A stretch of 63,603 bases of DNA, counting the filler, from Reticulomyxa filosa (Eukaryota; Protista; Foraminifera), in NCBI GenBank assembly GCA_000512085.1. It is 18 parts of 18 records of this genome, joined end to end, with 100 filler letters (N's around TTAATTAATTAA, not from the genome) between each part and the next. Parts side by side here need not be neighbours in the genome. Positions count along the whole stretch, not along the records: positions 1 to 3,720 come from ASPP01007514.1; positions 3,821 to 7,292 come from ASPP01005542.1; positions 7,393 to 8,670 come from ASPP01029478.1; positions 8,771 to 14,384 come from ASPP01027561.1; 14 more parts are not named here. One strand, 5' to 3'. The notes beneath the pieces were generated by a model. That model made no database searches. It worked only from the letters and a program-made list of their open reading frames with translations, and was not told the DNA's origin. How positions within the stretch are numbered: the first letter of the stretch is position 1; each line of letters begins with the position of its first letter. Positions 1-11,182 of this stretch are shown one piece after another. Position numbers and translations under genes: made by a program.

Positions 1-1
1 A

Positions 2-34
<33 letters not shown>

Positions 35-111
35 TTATATAAATAATTTTTTTGGTTGTATGTTGTATCGATGAATAGTATGCATCTTGTGATGTATATC
101 GGATATAATGA

Positions 112-1239
112 GCTAATATTGTGGGACAAAGAAAAGAGATTAGATCGATTGTGTGGTTCCGGAGACACAAAGATAGAAGAACGATGGCCTTTGAACAGAA
201 CGAATGACAACACGGCAAGGAACGGAACAAACGAAGAAGAAGAAGGAGATAATGACAATAATGATGATGAAGGACAAGGACAAGTGCAGGTGCAAGGAAA
301 CGAAGACAACACAGTAGAGCAAGAAAACCAGGATGAAAACGATAAACAACAATCGAACCATAAACACAAGCAAAAGCAGAAGCAAAAAGACAAACAAAAG
401 GACAAACAAAAAGATAAACAAAAAGGCAAACAACAAAAAGACAAGCCCAAAGGCAAGGAAAAAAAATTGAAAGGAACGGAGCTAAGCAAAACCTTGTGTT
501 GGGTATTGCGCCATGGAGCAGGGGAACTGGGACTGCATATGGACAAGGAAGGGTACGTACAAATGTCGGAGCTGTTGGAAGTCAATGAATTGAAAAGCAA
601 GCACGTGACTTTGGCTGACATTGAAAATGTGGTTACTACGGATAAGAAGCAAAGATACACGATGAAACGCATTGACCCGGAATCGGAACAAAAACAAGAA
701 GAAAAGAAAAAGAAATACAAACACAGGATCAGACTTCTCGTTATTGGATCCGCACAAATCAAGGCCATTCATTGAAAAGTGAAGGAACGATACAACTAGA
801 TGCCGATCACTTGTTGCGCTCGTTGACGATTGAAGAAATTGAGCTGAACCGATGGGAGAAGATCATTTGCCACGGCACGTATTTGAACACGCTTGGAGAC
901 ATTTTCACCAGTGGCGGCCTCAATCGCATGTCGAGGACTCACATCCACTTTGCTTGTGGGGACGTGTTGCACCAAGGAGTCAAGTCAGGCATGCGTCAAA
1001 CGTGCGAGGTCTTGGTATACGTTGATGTCATCCAGTGCATCCGTGACGGACTCAAATTTCAAATCTCTGCCAACAATGTCATTCTTTCTCCTGGAGATCA
1101 ACAAGGATTTGTTCCCAAAAAGTACTTTTGGAAAATTACTCTGTTCAAAGATGGCAAGGCCGACAAAGTCCTGTGGGAGAGAGATATCTCCACTCTTCCA
1201 CTTGAACAGTGCTTGCAAGGCGTTTTGAAGGACAAATGA
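112..1239 (+). CDS. TRPT1: tRNA 2'-phosphotransferase (Tpt1/KptA), 5'-partial, with an apparent 1-nt frameshift near 701-712
   Basis: LSKTLCWVLRH and DKKQRY, then in a second frame WIRTNQGHS, HGT, GLNRMSRTHIHFA, SGMR, SANNVILSPG: the Tpt1 signature motifs. The frame switch lies in an A-rich run (GAAAAGAAAAAGAA). Confidence 0.93.
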
Positions 1240-3031
1240 AAGAGGAAAATAATTGGAGATGAAACAAAGATATGACAGAATTTAAAAAAACAAAGAAAGG
1301 GAACATCGTAGCGAAGGAGTTGGAAGCAAGATTAAACTGTTATACATCTTGCATGTTGAAAAGCATCTTAGAAAGAAAGGGTGGCACTTGCTTGCGAATA
1401 CTAAAAAAAATATGGAAAATCTCTTCCCGTTTTTGTACCCTTTTTAAAAATTTCTATGCAGGGCTATTTCGGTTTTTGTTAGCAAAATTTTGTTTTCTTG
1501 GAGATGTCAATTATGACATTCTTATTATTAACTTGTCATCCCAATCAACTACCAAGCTTTTTATTGAATATCTGCATTTTCTCTAGCGTTTTCGATCATG
1601 AACTGGGTGACCGGCCAACATAGACGACAGTATTTTTTTTGTTCAATTTACAAACGTTGAAAAAATACACGTTTAAGCGTGTCTATGTAGCCAATGCCTA
1701 AATTTGTGAATTTAATTTTTCAAATAACGGGAAAAAAGAGCTTAACTCGGAAAAATGATTGTATAATTGAATGAATAAATAAAGATGTCCAAAGTAAATG
1801 AAATTATTGTCATTTAGCGGCAAAATCAAAATAAATCAAAACATACATTAACAATGACTCATATGAGTGTATGACCAAAGAATAATAAAGACAATGAAAA
1901 TGATATTTAATAATTCATAGACATCAGTAGTTCATTTCAATGGAAAGAGATTATTTACGTAATGCAAAAGAAATAATTGATGAAAAAAGGACAGTTTACT
2001 AATGCTTTTGTATTGTTAAATCCAGATCAACCATGAATACATTTTTTTGGTTGATGTTTCATAATCGAATTTCAACTTTTCTTCTTGAGAATGATATGAT
2101 GATAGAATAAAATCACTTTGACCCATAAATTAATCTGCGTTTTTTTTAGCGAGAATAAATTGCACAACAATGTTTAATGAACTCATCATTTGTTTAAAAA
2201 AGAAATTACATTTACAAATGTATAAAATACGTGCAAACACGATTATGGAACTATTGTTCAAACGGATCAAGATTTATTGCAAAATAATTGTTATCAAGTA
2301 ATTTGGAATTATTATAACAACAAATACAATCTATCAAAACCATTCAAAAAGCATTGATAATAATAATTTGTATTTTTAACTCATTTTTTATTTTGAAGAG
2401 TTTTATTTTTGTAATATTAAATGTGAAAAAGAAAATATGATGTTTTTTCATAATTCTTATTTTTGTAGAACAAAATATAAAACATTTTCGACTAGTTGAT
2501 AAATATTTATAGTATATATTAAAATATTTTCAGTTGTAAAAAAAAAAAGAAAGTACATTTAGATACTTTCAACCACTTTCTGGAGTAGAATCTCTTCATC
2601 AACACATAAATGTAAAATTTCTTCTTATAAACCTTGAAAATAAGAAACTAAACGAATGATGCTAGATAAAAAAATAAAAAATCTGGAACTAGACCCTTTT
2701 TAAGGAACTCTTTGACCCACCATAATTTTATATTTGTCAAGCTAAAAATATGTTTTTATTTGTTTATTGCTGAATTTATAGTTATTGAGTTATTTTATCA
2801 AATCGGTTAAAATAATATGTTTCAAGTGGGCATTCAACAACATTCTAAATCGTGTTGCGAGTTTGTCAAAGACAAAACTTGATAAAGCTGTTTAGCTTCA
2901 AAACGACCAGTTATGTTTGTTTAGTGTTGATGTCACAACAACATAAAATGAGAAGTGAGCAAGGACTAGTATAATGAGGGTGTTTATTTTAAAAAAATCG
3001 TCGCATAATTGAAGAGTTACTATCCTAATTT

Positions 3032-3720
3032 TTGCAAAATGCTGGTTTGATTTATTTCTTTGGGAGAAATATTCTCGTTCATAAATGTCTGTTGTCTGTA
3101 TTTCAGTTTATCTTGTTTGCGGCAGTATTCCTGGTAGTGTCGTACTTTATCGACGCTGACTATATAACCTACGTGTCGCACTTTATCCGTAAAAAATATA
3201 TAAAAAACTCGTTCCAAAATAAAACAATTTGGGTGATTGGTGCTTCTTCGGGCATCGGCGAGTATTTGGTTTACGAATTGGCCAAGTAAAAAGGAAAAAA
3301 AAAAAGGAAGTTTAAAATATTTTTTTTTAAAAAAATGTGACCCCCCAAAAAAAAAGGGAAAACGCACAACGTGTGATAATATCATCTCGGCGTGAAGAAG
3401 AGTTGGAAAGAGTGAAGAAAGCAAGCAATGCGTTGAACAGCAAATGTGAAGTAGTGATTCGACCGTTGGATGCATTGAAATCTGCAAATGAAGCAACTGC
3501 GAACGTGAACCACGAAATCGTGCAACGTCTGTTCCAAGACTATGACGATATTGATATCATAGTGCTCAACTTGGGAAGTTCGCAAAGAGGTTTGGCGATG
3601 GACACTGAGTTATCTTTGTACAGCGCAATCTTTGAGGTAATGTTGATTCATATAACATTAGATTACAAATGAATAGGAAATACAATGAAAAGTTTGCAAA
3701 AGGGAAAAAAAAAAAAAAAA
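3032..3720 (+). CDS. Short-chain dehydrogenase/reductase, DHRS7-like, 3'-partial
   Basis: N-terminal hydrophobic segment and Rossmann motif WVIGASSGIG. GT-AG intron 3286-3356 joins ELAK to ENAQRVIISSRREEELERV; then DIDIIVLN.GSSQR. True start unresolved. Confidence 0.85.
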
Positions 3721-3820
3721 NNNNNNNNNNNNNNNNNNNNNNNNNNNNNNNNNNNNNNNNNNNNTTAATTAATTAANNNNNNNNNNNNNNNNNNNNNNNN
3801 NNNNNNNNNNNNNNNNNNNN
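3721..3820. other. Artificial contig linker (first of 17)
   Basis: Identical 100-nt N-run/TTAATTAATTAA/N-run (stops in six frames). Others start at about 7293, 8671, 14385, 18389, 25002, 30550, 36836, 39421, 40594, 43998, 45262, 55483, 58037, 59264, 60749 and 62183. Confidence 0.99.
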
Positions 3821-4401
3821 GTGGCATTTTATGTGTCAACTTTCTTTTTTATCCTACTGTATTTTTTCAAAAAAAAATCAAGTGTATTGTATAGTCAGCT
3901 TTAACACAGTTTCTCATAAATATACTGTTTGCTGCTTACATTACTGTGAAGTTCACTTCTCCTTTTTAAATAAGAAAAAGTGATCTCAGTATGTAACTGA
4001 AATATGTAAATTTTGAAATATTTCAAATATTCATTATTTTTTTTGTAATTATTCTTAAATATTTTTAATGAAATATGCAAGCATTGCTCATTATTTAAAA
4101 TATTAAATAATAATTTCAAGAACAATAAAACAGTCATTAAACAAAACAAAAAGTTCAAAGTGAAATGTTTATGTTGTTGTTCGTTGATAGTTGAAATAGC
4201 TTTGAAGCGTTGTGTTTTAGTTTTTTAATTTGTATAAGTATAATCAAAAAGATTGTTGCCGAATAAAGTTGTATTATTTTTCTTAATTGCAATAATCACT
4301 ATTGTAATTAATAAATTTGACTTTTCAAACGTTTCAGGCTGAAGTTAACTTACAAAAGGCAGTTGAGATGAAAGTTTTGGATTCAAAAATAGTACCAAGC
4401 G

Positions 4402-5421
4402 ATGTCAAAATCTGATTCTACATCATTAAAACTTGGTCGTTCTTATGTGGTGCAACCCACCAAAAAGCATACAGCGACAGTAATTTTTCTTCATGGATTG
4501 GGCGATTCTGGAGAAGGTTGGCTTACAGCGATGGAAAAATGTAGCGAGTTTTTTCCGCACATTAAATTCATATGCCCAACCGCGCCAACCCAACCAGTGC
4601 ATGTAATGGTGGTATAAAAATGGCAAGCTGGCATGATATACAATCTTTGCGAGAGATAACAAAAAATGACTTTAAAGGTAGAGACGAAGCTGTGGCCCTA
4701 ATTTGGAAAGATATTATCCATAAAGAGATTACCGAAAGCCGTATACCTCCGCGTCGAATCGTTTTGTGTGGTTTTAGCCAAGTTACAAAATGTCACATCC
4801 CTATATAATGCATATACATATATGTATATATTTACATATTTGCGTTATTTTGTTTCCTTTGCCTCTATTGATCCGCAAATAGATGTGTACATATATATAT
4901 ACGTATACGTAAATAAATTATATGTGAATGTTACAAAGGGCGGGGCGATTAGTATTTTTATGGCATTGATGAATGAAGAACACTTGTTTGGAGGCGTGAT
5001 TTCTTTGTCAGGATACCTGTGTGATCAACCACCGGCATTTTTGACCAAGTTTGAAAAACTCTCCACTGAATTGAAGATAAAAAAACAAAAACATTTGCCT
5101 ATTTTAATGTGTCATGGCCAAAAAGACATGGTTGTTCCCATCGCTTATGGTTTGCATCCAAACTTTTTTTCTCTTTTTTTTTTTTTATTCAAACAAAAAA
5201 GTTAAAAAAAAATTATCGAAATTGAAAGCCATAATTAATTGGAAAAACGGATAGGTAAAATGTCAATGGAATTGTTAAAAGATCAAATGCGATTCAATGT
5301 TGGTTGGAAAGAAGCAAATATCCCTTGTGCTCCCAATACCAACTTTGGACATAGCTTTAATAAAGAGGAGTTAAAATGGATGATTTTGTTCTTGGCACTC
5401 ACCGTCGGAAAGCCATCTTAA
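4402..5421 (+). CDS. Acyl-protein thioesterase / lysophospholipase (LYPLA1/2 family)
   Basis: VIFLHGLGDSG, ICPTAP, NGGIKMASWHD, GFSQ|GG nucleophile motif split by intron 4782-4938, CHGQKDMVVP, second intron 5150-5254, GHS. One 1-nt frameshift near 4597-4601. Confidence 0.92.
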
Positions 5422-6345
5422 TATTTTTCTTTAAGAAACAAACTAATCTCTAAATGCTTTTTTTGGTTAAAAAGTTGAATATCATTGCTTGAAGCACCTT
5501 CGTAATTTATTATTTATAAAGTACACTATTGCCATTTTGGGCACATGACGAGAATATTACCTTTCTTTGCACATAAACATTCGTGAGTTGGCAAAACACA
5601 AGCCAGTTTTTTAAAAGTTAAAGCATTTCATACTCGAAATGCAAATATGCTTTTTTAATAAATGCATGTATTGTTAAACATAGCGTAATAAAATGTTGTA
5701 GCAATTGCATTATGCTGTTTTGACAAAGATTGCATTTATTTCATATTTGTTAGCATTAACTAACAAAACGCACTCCACGTTGAATTGCTGGAACTGTTGT
5801 GGACAAGTTGCTAATGTAAAGGATGAATTAGCATTGTAGATAAAGCGATCCTTGAGGGAATTCCAGTACTATACCAAATCTATAAGAAAATGTTTATTAG
5901 CAAATAATTCAACTACACAAACAACATTATTGTAATTAATTAAAAAAAATAAACAAAAAAAGTTACAATATGTCAGTCAAGCATAACAAATCGAAGCTGA
6001 AAAGTCTGTTGGTTGTAGACAATACATGTGAATATGAAGTAAGAACATACACGCTATCAAATTGCAAAAACTTCAAAATTTTGTTTTGCTATTTTCGACT
6101 TTCATTAAGATAATTTGCACTTAGCTAAAGCGATAGCATAGATATGTCATATTATTGCTTCATATCTAAAATTGCTTTGCGCCTTCTGATTATCTTTTCT
6201 TATTGGAAATAGTTTTTGTTCAAAAAAGGAGAGCCAGTTTTTTGTTTATTACATTAAGAAGAAAAAATTCCTCGCATATAATCTATCTGCAACACAAATA
6301 ATCTCAATTCAAAGAAATATCCCATCTTTAGTTCCAATAAGCAAA

Positions 6346-7292
6346 ATGTCAAGTAATCCTCCTCATCTAGAGGACGATGGCGAAAAAAAAGAAAAAAGTG
6401 AAGAGAAGGAAAGCAATACAAACGCGAAGCCTAACCAATCGACAAACACCGAACGAAGAGTAAAATTTTTGGAAGAGCTTGACAAAAGCGACGAGCAACA
6501 AAGCAAGAGCAGCACGAAAGACGTGAGAAATGATACATCAACAAAGTCAGCTGGGATCAAACATAGCAGAAGCTCGTCCGAGGTGACGAGGATATCAACC
6601 GAAAATCAATCACAACCCGGCAAGAGCCTTCCTGTTCTAACCAAAAGCAGAACACTTTCTTCTCTGTCACCAAAGATGGATAATGATGGCGATGGTGCGT
6701 AACATATATGTATATGTATATATATATAATTTTTTTTTTAAATGTTAAATATATCTTCCTTCAGTCAATATAATGAAAAAAAAGAACTGAAAGGACAGAA
6801 AAAAAAAAAAAACAATTGACTCTAAATTTTATTTCGGTAGTTAGTTAAAAAAAAAAAAAGAATATAACACAACATTGCATAATAAGATGAGAGGGGTGGG
6901 TGGGTCGGAAGGACAGACTTTGAGCCATTTGCAGGCGATTGGGTAGACACGAAAGGCCAATGGGTGAAAATATCTCCTTGGGGCGTCATTCGATACCCAA
7001 ACAATCCCAAGTTACGCTTTGAGGCCGAGTTTGTGCAACCCAACAATCTGCAAGTTGTACTTGACAAAGATCCAACGAAAAAAAAGTTTATTGGGACATT
7101 AAGTGAGGATGGAAATACATTATCTTGGTCCAATGATACCAATTGGCATCGCAAATGTTATCATTTTTCTTCTCTTTTTTTTTTTATATTAAAAAAAAAA
7201 AAAATTATTTTTATTATGTTGTTATTATTTTATTATATTATTGTGACCATAAAAAAAAAAAAATCTAAAAGTGTATGCATACAAATACTATG
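6346..7292 (+). CDS. Hypothetical protein, 3'-partial (S/K-rich N-terminus, small globular domain in exon ~6884-7155)
   Basis: Coding-like ORFs bounded by GT/AG and AT-rich introns; no family recognised. Confidence 0.55.
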
Positions 7293-7396
7293 NNNNNNNN
7301 NNNNNNNNNNNNNNNNNNNNNNNNNNNNNNNNNNNNTTAATTAATTAANNNNNNNNNNNNNNNNNNNNNNNNNNNNNNNNNNNNNNNNNNNNCCCA

Positions 7397-7798
7397 CTAT
7401 GAGTCTCCGTCGATGCCTTTGAGAGGTAATGGGGGATGCACACGGCATTCTATACATTACGAGTCTCCGCCAATAAATAAAAAGAGCAGCTGGTTGAGAG
7501 GTAGATGCGGGCTCTATGAGTCTCCGGCTTTAATTATGGTGTCTGTTGAGAGGTAGGTGAAGATCCTATAAGTCTCCGGCTTTAATTATAGTGACTGTTG
7601 AGAGATAGGAGAAAGATCCTATAAGTCTCCGGCTATAATTCAAAGTGACTGTTGAGAGGTAGGAGAAGATCCTATAAGTCTCCGGCCAATAATTAAAAGC
7701 GACTGTTGAGAGGTATGAGTCAAGCACTACAATTCTCCTGGCGCACACGCGATGTTGAGAGGTAGTGAGTTGGTTTATCCAACTAACTACAAGTCTCC
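7397..7798 (+). repeat. Non-coding dual-motif array of hairpins (8 x YTAYRAKTCTCC alternating with 7 x TTGAGAGRTA)
   Basis: Motif A starts at 7397, 7457, 7514, 7566, 7619, 7672, 7727, 7787. Motif B at about 7419, 7494, 7546, 7598, 7652, 7706, 7755. Period 52-60 nt with variable intervening sequence. Confidence 0.95.
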
Positions 7799-10700
7799 AG
7801 CGTGAAAAAAAAAAGTTCCCCATCCATTCTCACTTCGTTCTTATTTTTTTTCCATTTGCAATTTACATCATATGTTGGTACATTCTCAATGCATCGTCGT
7901 CGGAGTACGTATCGTCCAATTCCGGGTATGTATACAAATGTGTTTTTTTTTTAGATTGATCTTTTTGTAATAATTTTTTTTTTTGGTAGGAGCTCCAACA
8001 ATAATGGTGCTAACAGTGTGATGGACATCATTGCGACTATTAATATCACATTCAGATTGTAATGATTGTGCACAAGATTTTTGCTGATTGTAATGACAAT
8101 AAAACAATAACTAAAGTTTGTGTTTGATATTCTGTCTGTTTATGTATTTATGAGATTTAATCTAAAAAAAAATAAAATTTTAACAAGATAAAACGAATCA
8201 ACTGTAAATTATTCCCAGCTTTATCAACAATGACAACGACAACAACATCTGATGGATTTGTACAAGAAATTGCAAATCTTTGAAACTTTGTTACCAAGAT
8301 AGATCGATATCCATGGAATTAGAGCCAGTCCAGAAACTATTTGTTCATGATCAAGAGTTGAAAAAGTAAGTCTTGAAAGAAGAAAAATTTGAATTGTGTT
8401 TCTAAAAATTGATTAATGATATGAATGATTTTTTTTTTTTTTTTTTTAAGTTACACTTTTCATCTCAAGAAAGAAGTTGTTTTAAAAATAATGAAGAATT
8501 GTCTCTTTTTGTCGTTTTGTATATTGCAATTTCACATTTTTCATTAGTAAAAAAGCGTAATGCTGCAAACTTTTCCTCTAAAGTATTTGCAAAAGCACTT
8601 GAAGTTATCACACTTTTTTTTCCAACGCTTCTTGCGATAATTCGACAAACCAGAAAAACACCTCCTTCACNNNNNNNNNNNNNNNNNNNNNNNNNNNNNN
8701 NNNNNNNNNNNNNNTTAATTAATTAANNNNNNNNNNNNNNNNNNNNNNNNNNNNNNNNNNNNNNNNNNNNGATTTGGATATTTGGTGCTATTTGTTGGTG
8801 TGATATCCAATTGTCATTATAATGGCGCAATTATTCCTGATTCCTGGTTTTCCTGTGATACTTTTCAGTTGGCTCCTTTGATTTTCTTTTGTGTTTATTC
8901 CGCACGCATGGCAGGCCGATTATATGATGCAATGTTTGCATCAATTCAGGGGTCGTGACGCCACCAGTCCTGCAAGCAAAAGAGTCCACATATGTGGACA
9001 AACATAATGATGACGACGACGACTCCAACAGACTCGATTTATCTATGGACAGCCATGTGGCGTGTGCCAGTAGATATTCACGCGCTTAGGGATGCATAGC
9101 ATCCCATTTTTAAGTGGCCTGCACTAATGAAATGATAGAGGATATATGCAAGCAATCACCTGGATGGTGTAATTGCTCCCAATCCTCTACAATCAACACT
9201 ACTGTCATGGAAAAACGGCCGTCATAAGCGCAGCGGCTTCAATAATTCCAGTTCAGTCACTTCATGTTTTGTAAATATCATTATGTTTGAATTCAATCAC
9301 CACACACCCTTTTGTTTGGTTGACATAGTTGGAAATACATTTCGCATCATCAAGATTCCCAACTGCATTGCTCATTGCATGTAATCTCATTTTTGTGTGT
9401 GTGTTTGTGTTTTCTTGTTTGATTTGCTGTATTTGAAGTTATATTTATAATTTGATTTTTAATTTTGAAATAATAATATTAAGAATGACTTCCTCCTACA
9501 TTTTAGACACTATTCTCTCCTTCATATAAAATTTTCATCACTCATTCACTTTAGATTTATTTTTTTGGATATTGCATTCGTTCATGGCAAAGAATTACAG
9601 TCAGCAGGATTAAATCCGCAAAAGATTATTTTTTAAAAATAAAAAGAGAACTTAATGAAAGCAGTTTTTTATTCAAACTTCTAAAATAAGAGTATGTTCA
9701 ATGAAAGATAGCAACTCACAATTTAAATAATCTGTGCAAAGGGAGATAAAAAATAACAATTGTGCGTGCACAAAGTAAAAAAAAAGAAGACAAGCTTTAT
9801 AAAATTAATCCTAACACAGTTTCAAGAAAGACATTTTGTTGCAACTAAGTCCCATTCAAATTGTCACTCAAATTGCGGGTTTTTTATTTATATTAACAAA
9901 TCTTTGATTCCTGTCAAATAAATAACATAAACTTGTTGAAAATGCTTTGAATAAGGAGGCTACCTATCTATCAAATTTCAACATGTGCATAGTTAACACA
10001 ACAGAATCTGTTAGTTTCAATGATCATAAGATATTTCTACTTTTTGATAAATATCACTGTCTTTTCAGATACAGTAATATATTTTCATTTTTTTAAAATA
10101 GCTTCACACTTGTTTCCGCACTTGATGACATTATATCATGACATGTTTGCAAGTGTGCATAACCAAGCTGCCAGAAATGCTCTCAGTAAGATCGTGTAAC
10201 ATATAATGAAGCTGATATTTTGAATATTTTTGTTTTTGCATTTGCACATGCGACAATGGTGTTGAAGGTGATATGCAAGTGGTCAGTCTATCCTTCAGTT
10301 GACGATTTAAGACAATATAGACGAAGGATACATTGTGATATCAATCAACGATTTTGTATTATTTTTTGGTACGTGTGATTAAAAGGGCTAGAGTTAATGA
10401 TGTCCATCTTATTATTCACAATGAATTCCATAATTCTTTCTACTATTCATTAACCGCTTTATCTAAGCATGCCAGATAGTGTGTATTTCAGTCACCTCCA
10501 ATTGCACATAGATCTTTCTCCAATTATTAGAACAAATGACATTAGTGTATGCGATTTAGTCGTTATCACTTCCTTTATAAAGCAAATTCGTCTTGTGAAT
10601 ATTACAATAGAAGCTGCAGAACATAATTGGTTTCCTTTGTGTTAAAAAATGCATTTCTAAAAAAGACCCGCATCTTAATCTTGGAATTTGTCTTGATTGT

Positions 10701-11182
10701 TGATAAATGTCCTTTGTGCCGCATAGATATGTTATGACAAAATCTCTTTTCGGCTAGTCTTTATTTTACCTGCTATCTGATCTAAACACTACTGAAGGAG
10801 ACAGATATGTTGTTGAACTTCGTGAAGATCAATTTCCAGCAGTTGGGTTTTTGAGTAAAAACAGTTAACATTGTTTTGTAATATAACTAATTTAGTCATT
10901 GGTCATATTCCAAGAACTAGTTTCATGCTGTTTGCATAATTCTTCTTCATACTGAAGGATAGGCTTCAGCGTTGTGTAATTGCTGTAAAATCTTCTACAT
11001 ATACAAATTTCATTTCATTCAAAAAAAGAAAATGATATTCAAAGCTAATTGCAATTTTTGTGTTTTGTCCAATCATTTAAAGAAGTTTTTTTGCTGTGAG
11101 TAATATTTTTCAAGAACAAGCATCATTGAGAACAAATACTTATATTCTTTTTACAAGCAAATAGCAATAAATAAATAAAAAA

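Noticed and set aside
3766-3777. Recurrent TTAATTAATTAA palindrome as a biological repeat
   Set aside because: Always centred in identical N-runs; an artificial six-frame-stop linker.
7397-7798. Array as CRISPR, integron attC, REP, K-turn/box C/D, or hammerhead/twister ribozyme
   Set aside because: Two short motifs rather than one 23-50 nt repeat, and central spacers are near-duplicates. No cas gene, no RYYYAAC box, no RUGAUGA/CUGA boxes, and no CUGANGA-GAAA or twister core found by eye.
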